Positions 8,612-16,922 of a stretch of DNA of 39,225 nt are shown in pieces. Origin of the DNA: Candidatus Aenigmatarchaeota archaeon (GTDB lineage Archaea > Aenigmatarchaeota > Aenigmatarchaeia > CG10238-14 > SpSt-28). The stretch lies in the NCBI GenBank assembly GCA_049976365.1, contig JBMFIJ010000002.1, forward strand, positions 1 to 39,225, read 5' to 3'. How positions within the stretch are numbered: the stretch's first letter is position 1; the number at the start of each line of letters is the position of its first letter. The notes below the pieces were generated by a model, which saw nothing but the letters and a program-made list of their open reading frames with translations, had not been told where the DNA came from and did no database searches. The translations under genes were made by a program, and so were the position numbers.

Positions 8612-9061
8612 TTTTATCTTTTAAACAACTTCAAAAATTCTAACTATCTCCAATCTCTTACTCAAACTCATTGATTATAGATAATCAAGAAAAAATTATG
8701 AACAGTTGTAAGATTTTTTAACTGACCATATTACGACAGATGAGAGAAAAAATTTAACTCAATTTGTTTAAACAAACTTTGATTTATTGTTTCAGAAAAA
8801 CTTTATCAATTCTAAATTTAAACTTTTTATTTAAAATCTAACTAAAGCTAAGATAAAAACATTTCGATATTATAAATAAAAATTTATGACCTTTTAAAAT
8901 TATTTCAAATTCTTTTAATAATTTTTTCCAACAATTTTTTATCAAACGTTTCTTTGATAAATAGAATTAAATTTTTCAAATGATAAAACTTCTTTAAACT
9001 TAAAATGGTCACTTTAACTATTTTCCTCCTCTTCATTTTTTCTTCTGAAAGCTCATTAATT

Positions 9062-9117
9062 TTTCCAATTTTTCATATTTTTTTCCAAATGTTCATAATT
9101 ATTTCCAAATCTTCATA
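9062..9117. repeat. Three phased direct repeats TTTCCAA(A)T-N-TTCATA, about 20 bp apart
   Basis: tttccaatttttcata (9062-9077), tttccaaatgttcata (9083-9098) and tttccaaatcttcata (9102-9117). The array is bracketed by two copies of tcttctgaaa (9041-9050 and 9121-9130). Confidence 0.8.
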
Positions 9118-9126
9118 AAATCTTCT

Positions 9127-9140
9127 GAAAGGTTTTAAAA
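9127..9140 (+). promoter_or_regulatory. Candidate BRE/TATA element for a (near-)leaderless transcript starting at the 9158 gene
   Basis: Purine-rich gaaagg is followed by ttttaaaa (9133-9140), ending 17 nt before ATG 9158. This matches archaeal TATA placement about 25 nt upstream of a TSS. In DNA this AT-rich it is weak evidence. Confidence 0.3.
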
Positions 9141-9157
9141 ACTGAGAAGTTTAATTA

Positions 9158-9391
9158 ATGACAATGGGAAGATTACCTTACAGAAGATTTTTTCATCCAA
9201 TAATTCTTTCAGTTTTAGATACTTCCATTCCTCTAAATGTTGAAGCAATAAGGAGAGCCGTTTCTATAAAATTGGGAAAAGATGTAAGTTGGAACACAGT
9301 TAAGAAATATTTAGACGAATTATTAGAAACCGGTAAAATAGAACAAGTTCAAGCTGGCAAAATTTTAATGTACAAGAAAAAAATTCAGTGA
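9158..9391 (+). CDS. Small winged-helix DNA-binding protein (77 aa)
   Basis: ILSVLDTSIPLNVEAIRRAVSIKLGKDVSWNTVKKYLDELLETGKIEQVQAGKILMY has the helix-turn-helix-plus-wing pattern. Its TGA stop (9389-9391) directly abuts ATG 9392 of the next gene. Confidence 0.65.
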   Translation: MTMGRLPYRRFFHPIILSVLDTSIPLNVEAIRRAVSIKLGKDVSWNTVKKYLDELLETGKIEQVQAGKILMYKKKIQ

Positions 9392-10297
9392 ATGGAGAAA
9401 ATAGAGATTGTTAAGAGATTTCTTGAATTGAAAGTTCAGATAACACCGAATGCTTTAGATAAAATTTTTTTAAATCAAGAGGTTATTCCTAAGCTGGAAG
9501 AACTTGTGAAAAAAGAAAACGTTTTTATCTTAGATGAAACACTTGTAGATAAAATTCTAACTCAAAGGAAAAGTAAAATCGAAATTTTTATTCCCAAACC
9601 AAAGGGGACATTTACAGTTGAAGATGTTCTAAATTATCTTAAAGGAAGGTTTGAAATTTTATCTTCAATACTTCAAAAAAACAATCAATTAAAAAATTTA
9701 GTTTCAATCTCTAGAGCAGAGAAGATAAAGGGTAGCGAAACTTTCAGTTTAATAGGCATGGTTAAAGATAAAACAACATATTCCATAACCCTAGAAGATT
9801 TTTCTGGCTCAACAAACATATTACTGGAAAGAGTAGAAACTGAAAAACTTTTTATTGATGATGTTATTGGTTTAGAAGTTTCAAAAGAAGAAGGAAAGTT
9901 AAAAGGTAAAAAAATTTACTTTCCTTCTCTCTCTTTTTTCAGAAAAATTTCTGGAAAGAAGATAAATGTAAAAGAAAATGGTTTAGTTGAAATTGATGGC
10001 GAGACAATAGAGCTTCCGAAAACCGAAATAGTCAAGATATTTTTTAACGATTCCTTTATCATATTGATAGATAAATCAATAATCGAGCCTTACCAGCTTA
10101 AAGATAAAACTATAATGGAAACTCTCATTTCACTTATAGAAAGAAGGCATCTTAATCCAAGCTTTTTTATTTCTAAAAAACTTTATGAAGAAGACCCATT
10201 TTTACTTAAAAACATCCCAGATGCCATAATAGTAAAGAATGCAAACACCTTTGAAAGGAAGATTTACAAAGGAATTGAGCTGATTACTCTTTTATAA
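9392..10297 (+). CDS. DP1 / polymerase B-subunit-like protein: N-terminal helical region and OB fold, but a truncated, motif-less phosphodiesterase remnant
   Basis: 301 aa. IVKRFLELKVQITPNALDKIF and ENVFILDETLVDKIL resemble the DP1 N-terminus. FSLIGMVKDKTTYSITLEDFSGSTNILLE...DDVIGLEVS resembles the DP1 OB fold (..iGmV......i.lED.tG.i). The C-terminal LIERRHLNPSF...DPFLLKNIPDAIIVKNAN resembles the DP1 end (RHLAP...PDi..GH.H). The GHxH and upstream Asp/His metal motifs are missing. Confidence 0.6.
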   Translation: MEKIEIVKRFLELKVQITPNALDKIFLNQEVIPKLEELVKKENVFILDETLVDKILTQRKSKIEIFIPKPKGTFTVEDVLNYLKGRFEILSSILQKNNQLKNLVSISRAEKIKGSETFSLIGMVKDKTTYSITLEDFSGSTNILLERVETEKLFIDDVIGLEVSKEEGKLKGKKIYFPSLSFFRKISGKKINVKENGLVEIDGETIELPKTEIVKIFFNDSFIILIDKSIIEPYQLKDKTIMETLISLIERRHLNPSFFISKKLYEEDPFLLKNIPDAIIVKNANTFERKIYKGIELITLL

Positions 10298-10373
10298 GAA
10301 ATACTCAATAATTGACTAGAAGAAATATATTACAGTGTATAAAAAATTTAAATCTTTACAAACATTTCAAAAA

Positions 10374-13085
10374 ATGCCAGAAATTTTTCAACTTATTGAT
10401 GCTGATTATGTTATGCTAAACAATCATCCTACAGTAAGGCTTTTTGGTAAGAATAAGGAAGGCAAAACAGTTTGTGCACTTTTTGATGGTTACTTTCCTT
10501 ATTTCTATTTCATTCCTTTGAAACCTAAGGAAGAAATAGAAGATACTTTAAAAAAAGAGTTTCAAGGGTTAATAAGAAAAGTAGATGAAGTTGAAGTATA
10601 CGAATCAATTGGTTTTAGGAGAAACAAAACTAAAATGCTTAAGGTTTTTCTTTCAGACCCTTCAAAAGTTCCAATAGTTAGAGAATTTTTAGTTAAAAAA
10701 AATTTGACATCAAAAACTTTTGAGGCTGACATACTTTTTAAATACAGGTTCTTGTGTGATTTCGACATGTATGGAATGAGATGGTATAAGATAGAGGGGA
10801 GAGAGATAAAAACAGATGTAATAAAAACAGAAAAAATATTTCAAATCGAAAAAATTGAAGAGGAAAAAATATTAGAAAATGCTCCTTTTAAAGTTCTTTC
10901 TCTTGATATAGAAACTACAGCTAAAGAGGGGAAACCAAACCCAGAAAAAGATAAAATAATAATGGTTAGCTTAGCCTTTTCTCCTTCTTTTAACGGAAAA
11001 GAAAACCTTGTTTTAGTAGCGAGACCAACTAAGGCAAATGGAAACACTTTAACATTTAAAGACGAAAAGGCGATGTTAGAGGAATTAAAAAATATTATTC
11101 TTTTATATGATCCAGATTTCATTGTTGGATATAACATCAATTCCTTTGACATTCCTTTCATTTATACTAGAATGAAAGAAAACAAGATATATCCAAGTTT
11201 AGGAAGAGCCGAAGATAAGCCTCTTTCTTCTAAAAAAATGGAAAGCTCTTACAGAAATCATATACTGGGAAGAGTTATAGTTGATGTCTATGAGATTGTT
11301 AAGGAGCTTTCAGAGAAAGGGTTTATTAGGCTAAAGAGATATGGATTAGATGACGTTAGTAAAACTCTATTAGGGGAAGGAAAAATTGATTTAAAACATG
11401 GAGATATTGGGAGAATTTGGGAGAAAAACAATGTTGATGAGATTCAAAAACTCATAGAATATTCAAGAAGAGACGCAATTTTAACACTAAGAATATTCCT
11501 AGAGAAAAGATTAATAGATAAATACATTGAGCTTTCAAGAGTTTGCGGCCTATTGTTGCAAGACGTTTTAGATGAAGGAGAAGCAGGCAAAATAGAAAGC
11601 TTGCTTTTAAGAGAATTTAATAAAAGGGGTTTTGTTTTACCAAATAAACCAAGTAAAGAAGAAATGTTGAGAAGAAAAGAAGAAAGAGAGACAAAAGGAT
11701 TTAAAGGAGCAATTGTTCTAGAACCGAAAGTAGGCTTATATACTACTCCAATTGTTTATTTAGATTTCAAATCTCTATATCCAACAATTTACATGAGCTT
11801 TAATATTTGTCCAACTACCCTTGTTTTAGATGATTCTGAAAGTCAAGAAAATTTGATTGTTTCTCCCTATGGTTCTAAATTCGTAAAACCGGAAATAAGA
11901 AGAGGAATTATACCACAAATTGTCGAGAATTTAATTAACGAGAGAGATAAGATAAAAAAAGAGATGAAGAAAGAGAAAGATGAAGAAAGAAAAATGTTGT
12001 TAGACTCTAAGCAAGAAGCTCTAAAAAGAATGGCTAACGCCTTTTACGGATATACTGGTTATATAAGGGGAAGAGTTTACATTTTGGATGTAGCTAATGC
12101 CATTACTAGTTATGGAAGATATTTCATTGAAACTACTAAAAAGCTTGTTGAAAGTAAGACAAAAGATTGGGAAGTGATTTATGGTGATACAGATTCAATA
12201 ATGGTTAAGATAAAAGCATCTTCAATTGAGGAAGCATTCAAGATTGGTAGGGAAATTGAGAAAGTTATAAACGACTATTATCAAGGAAAGGTTACAACAA
12301 AAATAGAAGCAATTTTTAAATCATTTTTAATAGTTTCTAAAAAGAGGTATGCTGGCATTGCGGTTGAAGAGAGTGAAGGCGGATATAAAGAAAAAATGGT
12401 GATGAAGGGAATAGAAACTGTTAGAAAAGATTGGTGTAATTTAACTGAAAAAGTTCTTTCAACAGTTTTAAACATTCTTTTGAAGGAAGGAAATACTCAA
12501 AAAGCTTTTGAGTATGTTAGAGAAGTTATAAAAAATATTGAGTCGGGAAATGTTGATATAGAGGATTTAACTATAACTAAAAGTTTATCAAGGAATTTGT
12601 CTGAATACAAAGGAGTTCAACCCCACGTAGAATTGGTTAAAAAATTGATGAAAAGATCTCCTGAAAAAGTTCCCGTTATCGGAGATAGAGTTAGTTATGT
12701 TATAGTGGCAGGTCCTGATCTTGTTTCAAAAAGAGCTGAAGACCCAGAATATGTAGTTCAAAATAAAATAAAAATTGATGCTAAATATTATATAGAAAGT
12801 CAAGTTTTACCTCCAATAGAGAGAATTTTTGAGGTCATAGGAATAAAAAGATCTCAACTTTTTGCTAATGGTAAACAATTATTGCTTTCTTCTTTAATCC
12901 AAGAAAAGCCAAAAGAAAATAAAAATATCAAGTATGAGACTTTTGAAAGTTTTGTTTGTTTGAATTGTGGGAGAATTTACTATTCAATTCCTCTCAGTGG
13001 AAAATGTTATGATTGTAAAGGGGAAATAGGCTTCTATTTAAATGGAGATAGGTTTAAGACAGTAGAAATAGAGAAAAGTATTTAA
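10374..13085 (+). CDS. polB: Family B DNA polymerase (intact exonuclease and polymerase motifs) with extra C-terminal C4 zinc ribbon
   Basis: Exo I LSLDIET, Exo II YNINSFDIPF, Exo III YSRRDA, Pol A DFKSLYPT, Pol B KQEALKRMANAFYGY, Pol C YGDTDS. The tail has CLNC-x15-CYDC. The ORF opens at GTG 10335, but ATG 10374 (MPEIFQLIDADY...) matches the usual PolB N-terminus. No intein is present. Confidence 0.95.
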   Translation: MPEIFQLIDADYVMLNNHPTVRLFGKNKEGKTVCALFDGYFPYFYFIPLKPKEEIEDTLKKEFQGLIRKVDEVEVYESIGFRRNKTKMLKVFLSDPSKVPIVREFLVKKNLTSKTFEADILFKYRFLCDFDMYGMRWYKIEGREIKTDVIKTEKIFQIEKIEEEKILENAPFKVLSLDIETTAKEGKPNPEKDKIIMVSLAFSPSFNGKENLVLVARPTKANGNTLTFKDEKAMLEELKNIILLYDPDFIVGYNINSFDIPFIYTRMKENKIYPSLGRAEDKPLSSKKMESSYRNHILGRVIVDVYEIVKELSEKGFIRLKRYGLDDVSKTLLGEGKIDLKHGDIGRIWEKNNVDEIQKLIEYSRRDAILTLRIFLEKRLIDKYIELSRVCGLLLQDVLDEGEAGKIESLLLREFNKRGFVLPNKPSKEEMLRRKEERETKGFKGAIVLEPKVGLYTTPIVYLDFKSLYPTIYMSFNICPTTLVLDDSESQENLIVSPYGSKFVKPEIRRGIIPQIVENLINERDKIKKEMKKEKDEERKMLLDSKQEALKRMANAFYGYTGYIRGRVYILDVANAITSYGRYFIETTKKLVESKTKDWEVIYGDTDSIMVKIKASSIEEAFKIGREIEKVINDYYQGKVTTKIEAIFKSFLIVSKKRYAGIAVEESEGGYKEKMVMKGIETVRKDWCNLTEKVLSTVLNILLKEGNTQKAFEYVREVIKNIESGNVDIEDLTITKSLSRNLSEYKGVQPHVELVKKLMKRSPEKVPVIGDRVSYVIVAGPDLVSKRAEDPEYVVQNKIKIDAKYYIESQVLPPIERIFEVIGIKRSQLFANGKQLLLSSLIQEKPKENKNIKYETFESFVCLNCGRIYYSIPLSGKCYDCKGEIGFYLNGDRFKTVEIEKSI

Positions 13086-13118
13086 ATATGAATGCATAAA
13101 TAACTAATCATAGTTCTG

Positions 13119-13748
13119 GTGGTTTATCTGTCAGATAAAGAAAAACTTAAAGTTAAAAAAACTGGAACAACAACAGTAGGAATTGTTTGTAAAGATGCAG
13201 TTATACTCGCGGCTGAAAAAAAGTCAACTCTTGGATATTTAGTGGCTAGCAAGGAAAGCGAGAAAATAATACCTTTAGATACTCATATTGCCATGACTAT
13301 TGCAGGGGCGAGTGGAGACGCGCAAGTATTGGCTAGATATTTAAAAGCCGAATTTAAGCTTTTTGAGATAGAGCATAGAAGAAAAATAACAGTTAGAGGA
13401 GCTGCTGTACTTTTATCAAACATACTGCAAGGTTCTAAGTATTTCCCATATTATGTTCAGTTAATTATTGGTGGAGTTGACGATTCTGGCCCCCATATTT
13501 TTGATTTAGATGCTATTGGTGGAATTGAAGAAGATAAGAAGTTTGTATCTACTGGTTCTGGTTCACCAATAGCTTTAGGTGTCTTAGAAGACCAATATAA
13601 GGAAGGAATGAGTATAGAAGAAGGAAAGGAGTTGGCTGTTAGAGCAATAAAAGCCGCTATTGAAAGGGATATAGGGTCTGGTGGAAAATCAGTAGATATA
13701 GCAATTATAACTAAAGACGGAGTTAAAGTAATTACTGAAAAGATTTGA
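13119..13748 (+). CDS. psmB: Proteasome beta subunit
   Basis: 209 aa with a GTG start. The propeptide ends ...KVKKTG, followed by the catalytic-Thr segment TTTVGIVCKDAVILAAEKK. The rest has typical Ntn-hydrolase beta-subunit composition. Confidence 0.92.
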   Translation: MVYLSDKEKLKVKKTGTTTVGIVCKDAVILAAEKKSTLGYLVASKESEKIIPLDTHIAMTIAGASGDAQVLARYLKAEFKLFEIEHRRKITVRGAAVLLSNILQGSKYFPYYVQLIIGGVDDSGPHIFDLDAIGGIEEDKKFVSTGSGSPIALGVLEDQYKEGMSIEEGKELAVRAIKAAIERDIGSGGKSVDIAIITKDGVKVITEKI

Positions 13749-13769
13749 ACTTAAATAAAGGTAGTAAGC

Positions 13770-15629
13770 ATGGAAATTCTTGAGAAAATAAAGAGTATTT
13801 TACCTAGTGAAGCAATTAGTAGAGTTGAATTTGAAGGAGCAGAAATAATTGTTTATTCTAAAGATGTAAATTTTCTTAAAAACTGTGAAGAAAAAATAAA
13901 AGAAGCCGTTTCTTTAGTTAAAAAAAGAATAGAAGTTAGGCCAGAAAAAAATATTTTGCTTCCTGAAGAAGATGCTAAGAAAAAGATAATGGAAATTGTT
14001 CCGCCTGAAGCAGAAATAAAAGATATTGTTTTCGAAAAAGAGAGAAGCATTGTTAACATTTATGCAAAAAGAATAGGTTATGTAATAGGCAAAAATGGAG
14101 AAAATTTTAAAAGAATAAAAGCGGAAACTCTGTGGTATCCAAAAATAGAAAGAGCTCCTTTAATCGAATCAAAGATTGTTGATGGAATAAGAAAGATGAT
14201 GCATGAAGAAGTTGATTTTAGAAGAGAATTTTTGAATAAAGTTGGTAAAACTATTTTTTCTGAGAGAAGCTTTGATAGAGGAAGAATTAGAATAACGTTT
14301 TTAGGAGGAGCAAGAGAAGTTGGAAGGTCTTGCATGCTTGTAGAAACGCCAAAAAGTAAAATACTGATTGATGCAGGAATAATAGCAGGCTCTTCAAATG
14401 GTTTTCCAATCTTATCTCTGCCAGAGTTTAGCTTGAATGAATTAGATGCTATAGTTGTTTCTCATGCTCATCTAGATCATGTTGGTTTTATTCCAGTTTT
14501 GTATGAAATGGGTTATGATGGCCCTCTATATTTAACGCCCCCAACACTAGACTTATCAACTTTGCTTTGGTTAGATTATATTGAGTTAATGCAAAGAAGC
14601 GGAATTAAGAGCATTTTCACAATAAAAGGAGTTAAAGAAGCTGTTAAAAGAGCAATAACTTTAGAGTACAATGAAGTAACTGATATTGCTCCAGATGTTA
14701 GATTAACCCTAGTTAATTCTGGTCACATTCTTGGTGCAGCTCAAGTCCATCTTCATATAGGAGACGGTTTACATAACATAGTCTATGCTTTAGATCAAAA
14801 GTTTGGAAAAACAAACTTGTTAGATCCTGCTTTTACCAATTTCCAAAGAGTTGAAACTTTAATAATAGAGTCTACATATGGAGCAAAAGAAGATGTTATG
14901 CCATCTAGAAGTGAAGTTGAAAAGGAATTTATGGATGTTGTTAATAAAACAATGGAAAGAGGAGGAATAGTTTTAATTCCAAGTTTTTCTGTAGAAAGAG
15001 CTCAAGAAGTGATGGCAATATTGGTTAAAAACAATTTTCTCTATCCAGTTTACCTTGATGGTATGATTTGGGATGCTAATGGAATTTTTACTGCCTATCC
15101 AGAATATTATGGAAAAAGTATGTATAAAAAAGCAATTAATGGAGAGGATCCTTTCCTTTCTCCAATTTTCAAAAGGATTTCTTCTTCTAGCGAGAGAGAA
15201 AAAGCTTGGAATGATAGACCATGTGTTATAATTTCAACTAGTGGAATGTTGACAGGAGGACCAGTTGTAGAGCATTTAAAAATGTTAGCTGAAGATGAAA
15301 GGAATACATTAATTTTTGTAGGTTACCAAGCTGAAGGAACGTTAGGAAGAAAAATACAAAAAGGATGGAAAGAGATTCCAATGGAGTTTGAAGGTAAAAC
15401 AGTTACTTTAAAAATAAAGATGGAAGTTTATACTGCAAATGGCTTAAGTGCACATTCAGATAGAAGGCAATTATTAGCTTACATCGGTAATTTGCCATCT
15501 AAACCAAAAAGAGTTTTTGTTGTTCATGGAGAAGAAAGTAAGGCGGTTTCTCTTTCTTCGGCAATAGAAAAAATTTTTAAGATAGAGGCTTATGCTCCTC
15601 GTAACTTAGAAACACTCAGAATAAAGTAA
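13770..15629 (+). CDS. fttA: aCPSF1-type beta-CASP ribonuclease with N-terminal KH domains (archaeal transcription termination factor FttA)
   Basis: 619 aa. The N-terminal KH-like region contains IGYVIGKNGENFKRI. The metallo-beta-lactamase motif is VSHAHLDHVG. A beta-CASP C-terminal region follows (ESTYG..., HGE...). Confidence 0.92.
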   Translation: MEILEKIKSILPSEAISRVEFEGAEIIVYSKDVNFLKNCEEKIKEAVSLVKKRIEVRPEKNILLPEEDAKKKIMEIVPPEAEIKDIVFEKERSIVNIYAKRIGYVIGKNGENFKRIKAETLWYPKIERAPLIESKIVDGIRKMMHEEVDFRREFLNKVGKTIFSERSFDRGRIRITFLGGAREVGRSCMLVETPKSKILIDAGIIAGSSNGFPILSLPEFSLNELDAIVVSHAHLDHVGFIPVLYEMGYDGPLYLTPPTLDLSTLLWLDYIELMQRSGIKSIFTIKGVKEAVKRAITLEYNEVTDIAPDVRLTLVNSGHILGAAQVHLHIGDGLHNIVYALDQKFGKTNLLDPAFTNFQRVETLIIESTYGAKEDVMPSRSEVEKEFMDVVNKTMERGGIVLIPSFSVERAQEVMAILVKNNFLYPVYLDGMIWDANGIFTAYPEYYGKSMYKKAINGEDPFLSPIFKRISSSSEREKAWNDRPCVIISTSGMLTGGPVVEHLKMLAEDERNTLIFVGYQAEGTLGRKIQKGWKEIPMEFEGKTVTLKIKMEVYTANGLSAHSDRRQLLAYIGNLPSKPKRVFVVHGEESKAVSLSSAIEKIFKIEAYAPRNLETLRIK

Positions 15630-15690
15630 TGTATAAGTTATGTAAAACTTATGGAAAAAAATAGTAAAGAGAATGAAGAATAATATATAA

Positions 15691-16020
15691 ATGGACAAAG
15701 ATAAATTGTACAGATATGCTAATGAGTTAAGTTATCTTATCGCTTCTCCTCTTGCAAGAAAAATTGTAATAGTACTGAAAGAAGAGATAATGTTAACACC
15801 AACAGAAATAGGAAAAAGAATCAGTGTTTCCACTTCTAACGTTTCTACTAAGCTTATAGAGTTGAAGAGAAAAGGTCTAGTTAAATGTATAACTCCGGAA
15901 AGAAGAAAAATAAGGTTTTACACTTTAACAGTAAAAGCTGAAAAGGTTAGTACACTTCTTCCTGATGGAGAAGAAATAAAAAAAGAAATTAAAATTGATT
16001 ATGACAAAGGCGAAATATAA
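15691..16020 (+). CDS. ArsR/TrmB-like winged-helix transcriptional regulator
   Basis: 109 aa. LTPTEIGKRISVSTSNVSTKLIELKRKGLVKCITPERRKIRFYTLT shows the HTH-plus-wing pattern. Confidence 0.7.
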   Translation: MDKDKLYRYANELSYLIASPLARKIVIVLKEEIMLTPTEIGKRISVSTSNVSTKLIELKRKGLVKCITPERRKIRFYTLTVKAEKVSTLLPDGEEIKKEIKIDYDKGEI

Positions 16021-16330
16021 AGGATATAGAGTAGAAAGGAAGGTAAGAATTCTTTTGGAAAATAAAGGATGGAAAGTTATTAGGACAGCCGGAAGTTTAG
16101 GAGAAGCTGATTTAGTATGCTTTAAAAATGGAAAGGCAATTTTCTTACAAGTTAAATCTACAAGAAAGGAAAAGCTTTATTATCAAGGATATATGGAAAA
16201 AGAATTTGTTGGATTTCCTTTTTTTGTGGTTGTTGATTTTGGTTATGGTGATATAGAAGTATTTGAGCCTGCAGAAATTTTAGAAAAAGGAAAAGGGAAA
16301 AGCTTGGAAAGTTTTATAAAAGATTTTTAA
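15995..16330 (+). CDS. hjc: Hjc-like Holliday junction resolvase (PD-(D/E)xK fold) with Gln in place of the motif Glu
   Basis: 111 aa. KGYRVERKVRILLENKGWKVIRTAGSLGEADLVCFKNGKAIFLQVKSTRKEKLYY aligns by eye with Pyrococcus Hjc [54 protein letters not shown]. The start may instead be a nearby downstream Met. It overlaps the upstream gene by 26 nt. Confidence 0.75.
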   Translation: MIMTKAKYKGYRVERKVRILLENKGWKVIRTAGSLGEADLVCFKNGKAIFLQVKSTRKEKLYYQGYMEKEFVGFPFFVVVDFGYGDIEVFEPAEILEKGKGKSLESFIKDF

Positions 16331-16351
16331 ATAAGAGAAATATATTGAATT

Positions 16352-16900
16352 ATGCCTATATTAGTCAAAGAGTTAATGTCAAGAAAAGTTAACACTATTG
16401 AAGAAAATAAAAGTGTTTTCGAAGCTTCTAAAATTATGGCAAAATCTAGAAGAGGATATGTTATTGTTGTGAAGAAAAATAAGCCTATTGGCATATTAAC
16501 AGATAGTGATATATTGGAAAAAGTTATTTCAAAAGGAAAAGATGTTAAGAAAGTCAAAGTAAAAGAAGTTATGTCTACCCCAATTATAACAATTTCTCCT
16601 GATGCAGACGTTTCCGAAGCATCTAGAATAATGAGAAAAAATGTTATTAAAAGAATACCTGTAGTAAAGAAAGGAAAGTTAATGGGAATTATAACAGATT
16701 CAGATATAGCTAGAGTAGCTCCAGAGTTCATAAATATATTGGAAGAAAGGCTTGAAGCCAAAAAAAGAGGTTTTGAGCCAGAAAGAATAGAACAAACAAC
16801 AAGTGGAATATGCGAGGAATGCGGAAACTACTCAGATAACTTAGTTTATGTAAATGGAAAATGGCTTTGTGAATCTTGTAGGGAACAAGAAAAAGATTAG
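16352..16900 (+). CDS. CBS-domain pair protein with C-terminal C4 zinc ribbon
   Basis: 182 aa. There are two CBS repeats (VKELMSRKV...GILTDSDIL and VKEVMSTPI...GIITDSDIA). The C-terminus has CEECGN-x13-CESC. Confidence 0.85.
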   Translation: MPILVKELMSRKVNTIEENKSVFEASKIMAKSRRGYVIVVKKNKPIGILTDSDILEKVISKGKDVKKVKVKEVMSTPIITISPDADVSEASRIMRKNVIKRIPVVKKGKLMGIITDSDIARVAPEFINILEERLEAKKRGFEPERIEQTTSGICEECGNYSDNLVYVNGKWLCESCREQEKD

Positions 16901-16922
16901 TTTATTAAAACCAATTTAATCT

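Noticed and set aside
8690-8750. Possible C/D-box sRNA (ATGA-like and CTGA motifs)
   Set aside because: The box C and C' matches are imperfect. No terminal D box (CTGA) occurs at the required distance, and there is no terminal stem.
8905-9036. 43-aa basic ORF on the - strand inside the long intergenic region (MKRRKIVKVTILSLKKFYHLKNLILFIKETFDKKLLEKIIKRI)
   Set aside because: It would be divergent from the 9158 gene, with the repeats between them, which is tidy. But it has no recognisable motif or ribosome-binding signal, and its length is within chance expectation for this much AT-rich DNA. It is only worth revisiting if conserved in relatives.
9062-9117. Three tandem mini-ORFs on the - strand (MKIWK*, MNIWKKI*, MKNWKN*) created by the direct repeats
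   Set aside because: They are most simply a by-product of TTCAT in each repeat reading as ATGAA on the other strand. There is no evidence of translation, so I treat the element as a DNA-level repeat.
10335-10373. GTG 10335 as the polB start, and the analogous hel308 N-terminal extension 20707-20745
   Set aside because: The downstream ATGs give N-termini matching family norms (MPEIFQLIDADY for PolB, MKVDELKNFGF for Hel308). For hel308 the extension would overlap the upstream kae1 fragment. This is not decisive without experimental or comparative data.
10841-11161. 106-aa - strand ORF inside polB (with the similar ORFs 10562-10768 and 12281-12475)
   Set aside because: These are antisense shadow ORFs within a gene whose + frame carries every PolB motif. 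Their products are F/S/L-rich and low-complexity.
13853-14335. Two - strand ORFs (13853-14059 and 14078-14335)
   Set aside because: Both are antisense to aCPSF1 and are shadow frames.
16327-16761. 144-aa ORF on the - strand
   Set aside because: It is entirely antisense to the well-supported CBS/zinc-ribbon gene. Its S/I/T/F-rich low-complexity translation is typical of the reverse frame of K/E/I-rich genes in AT-rich genomes.
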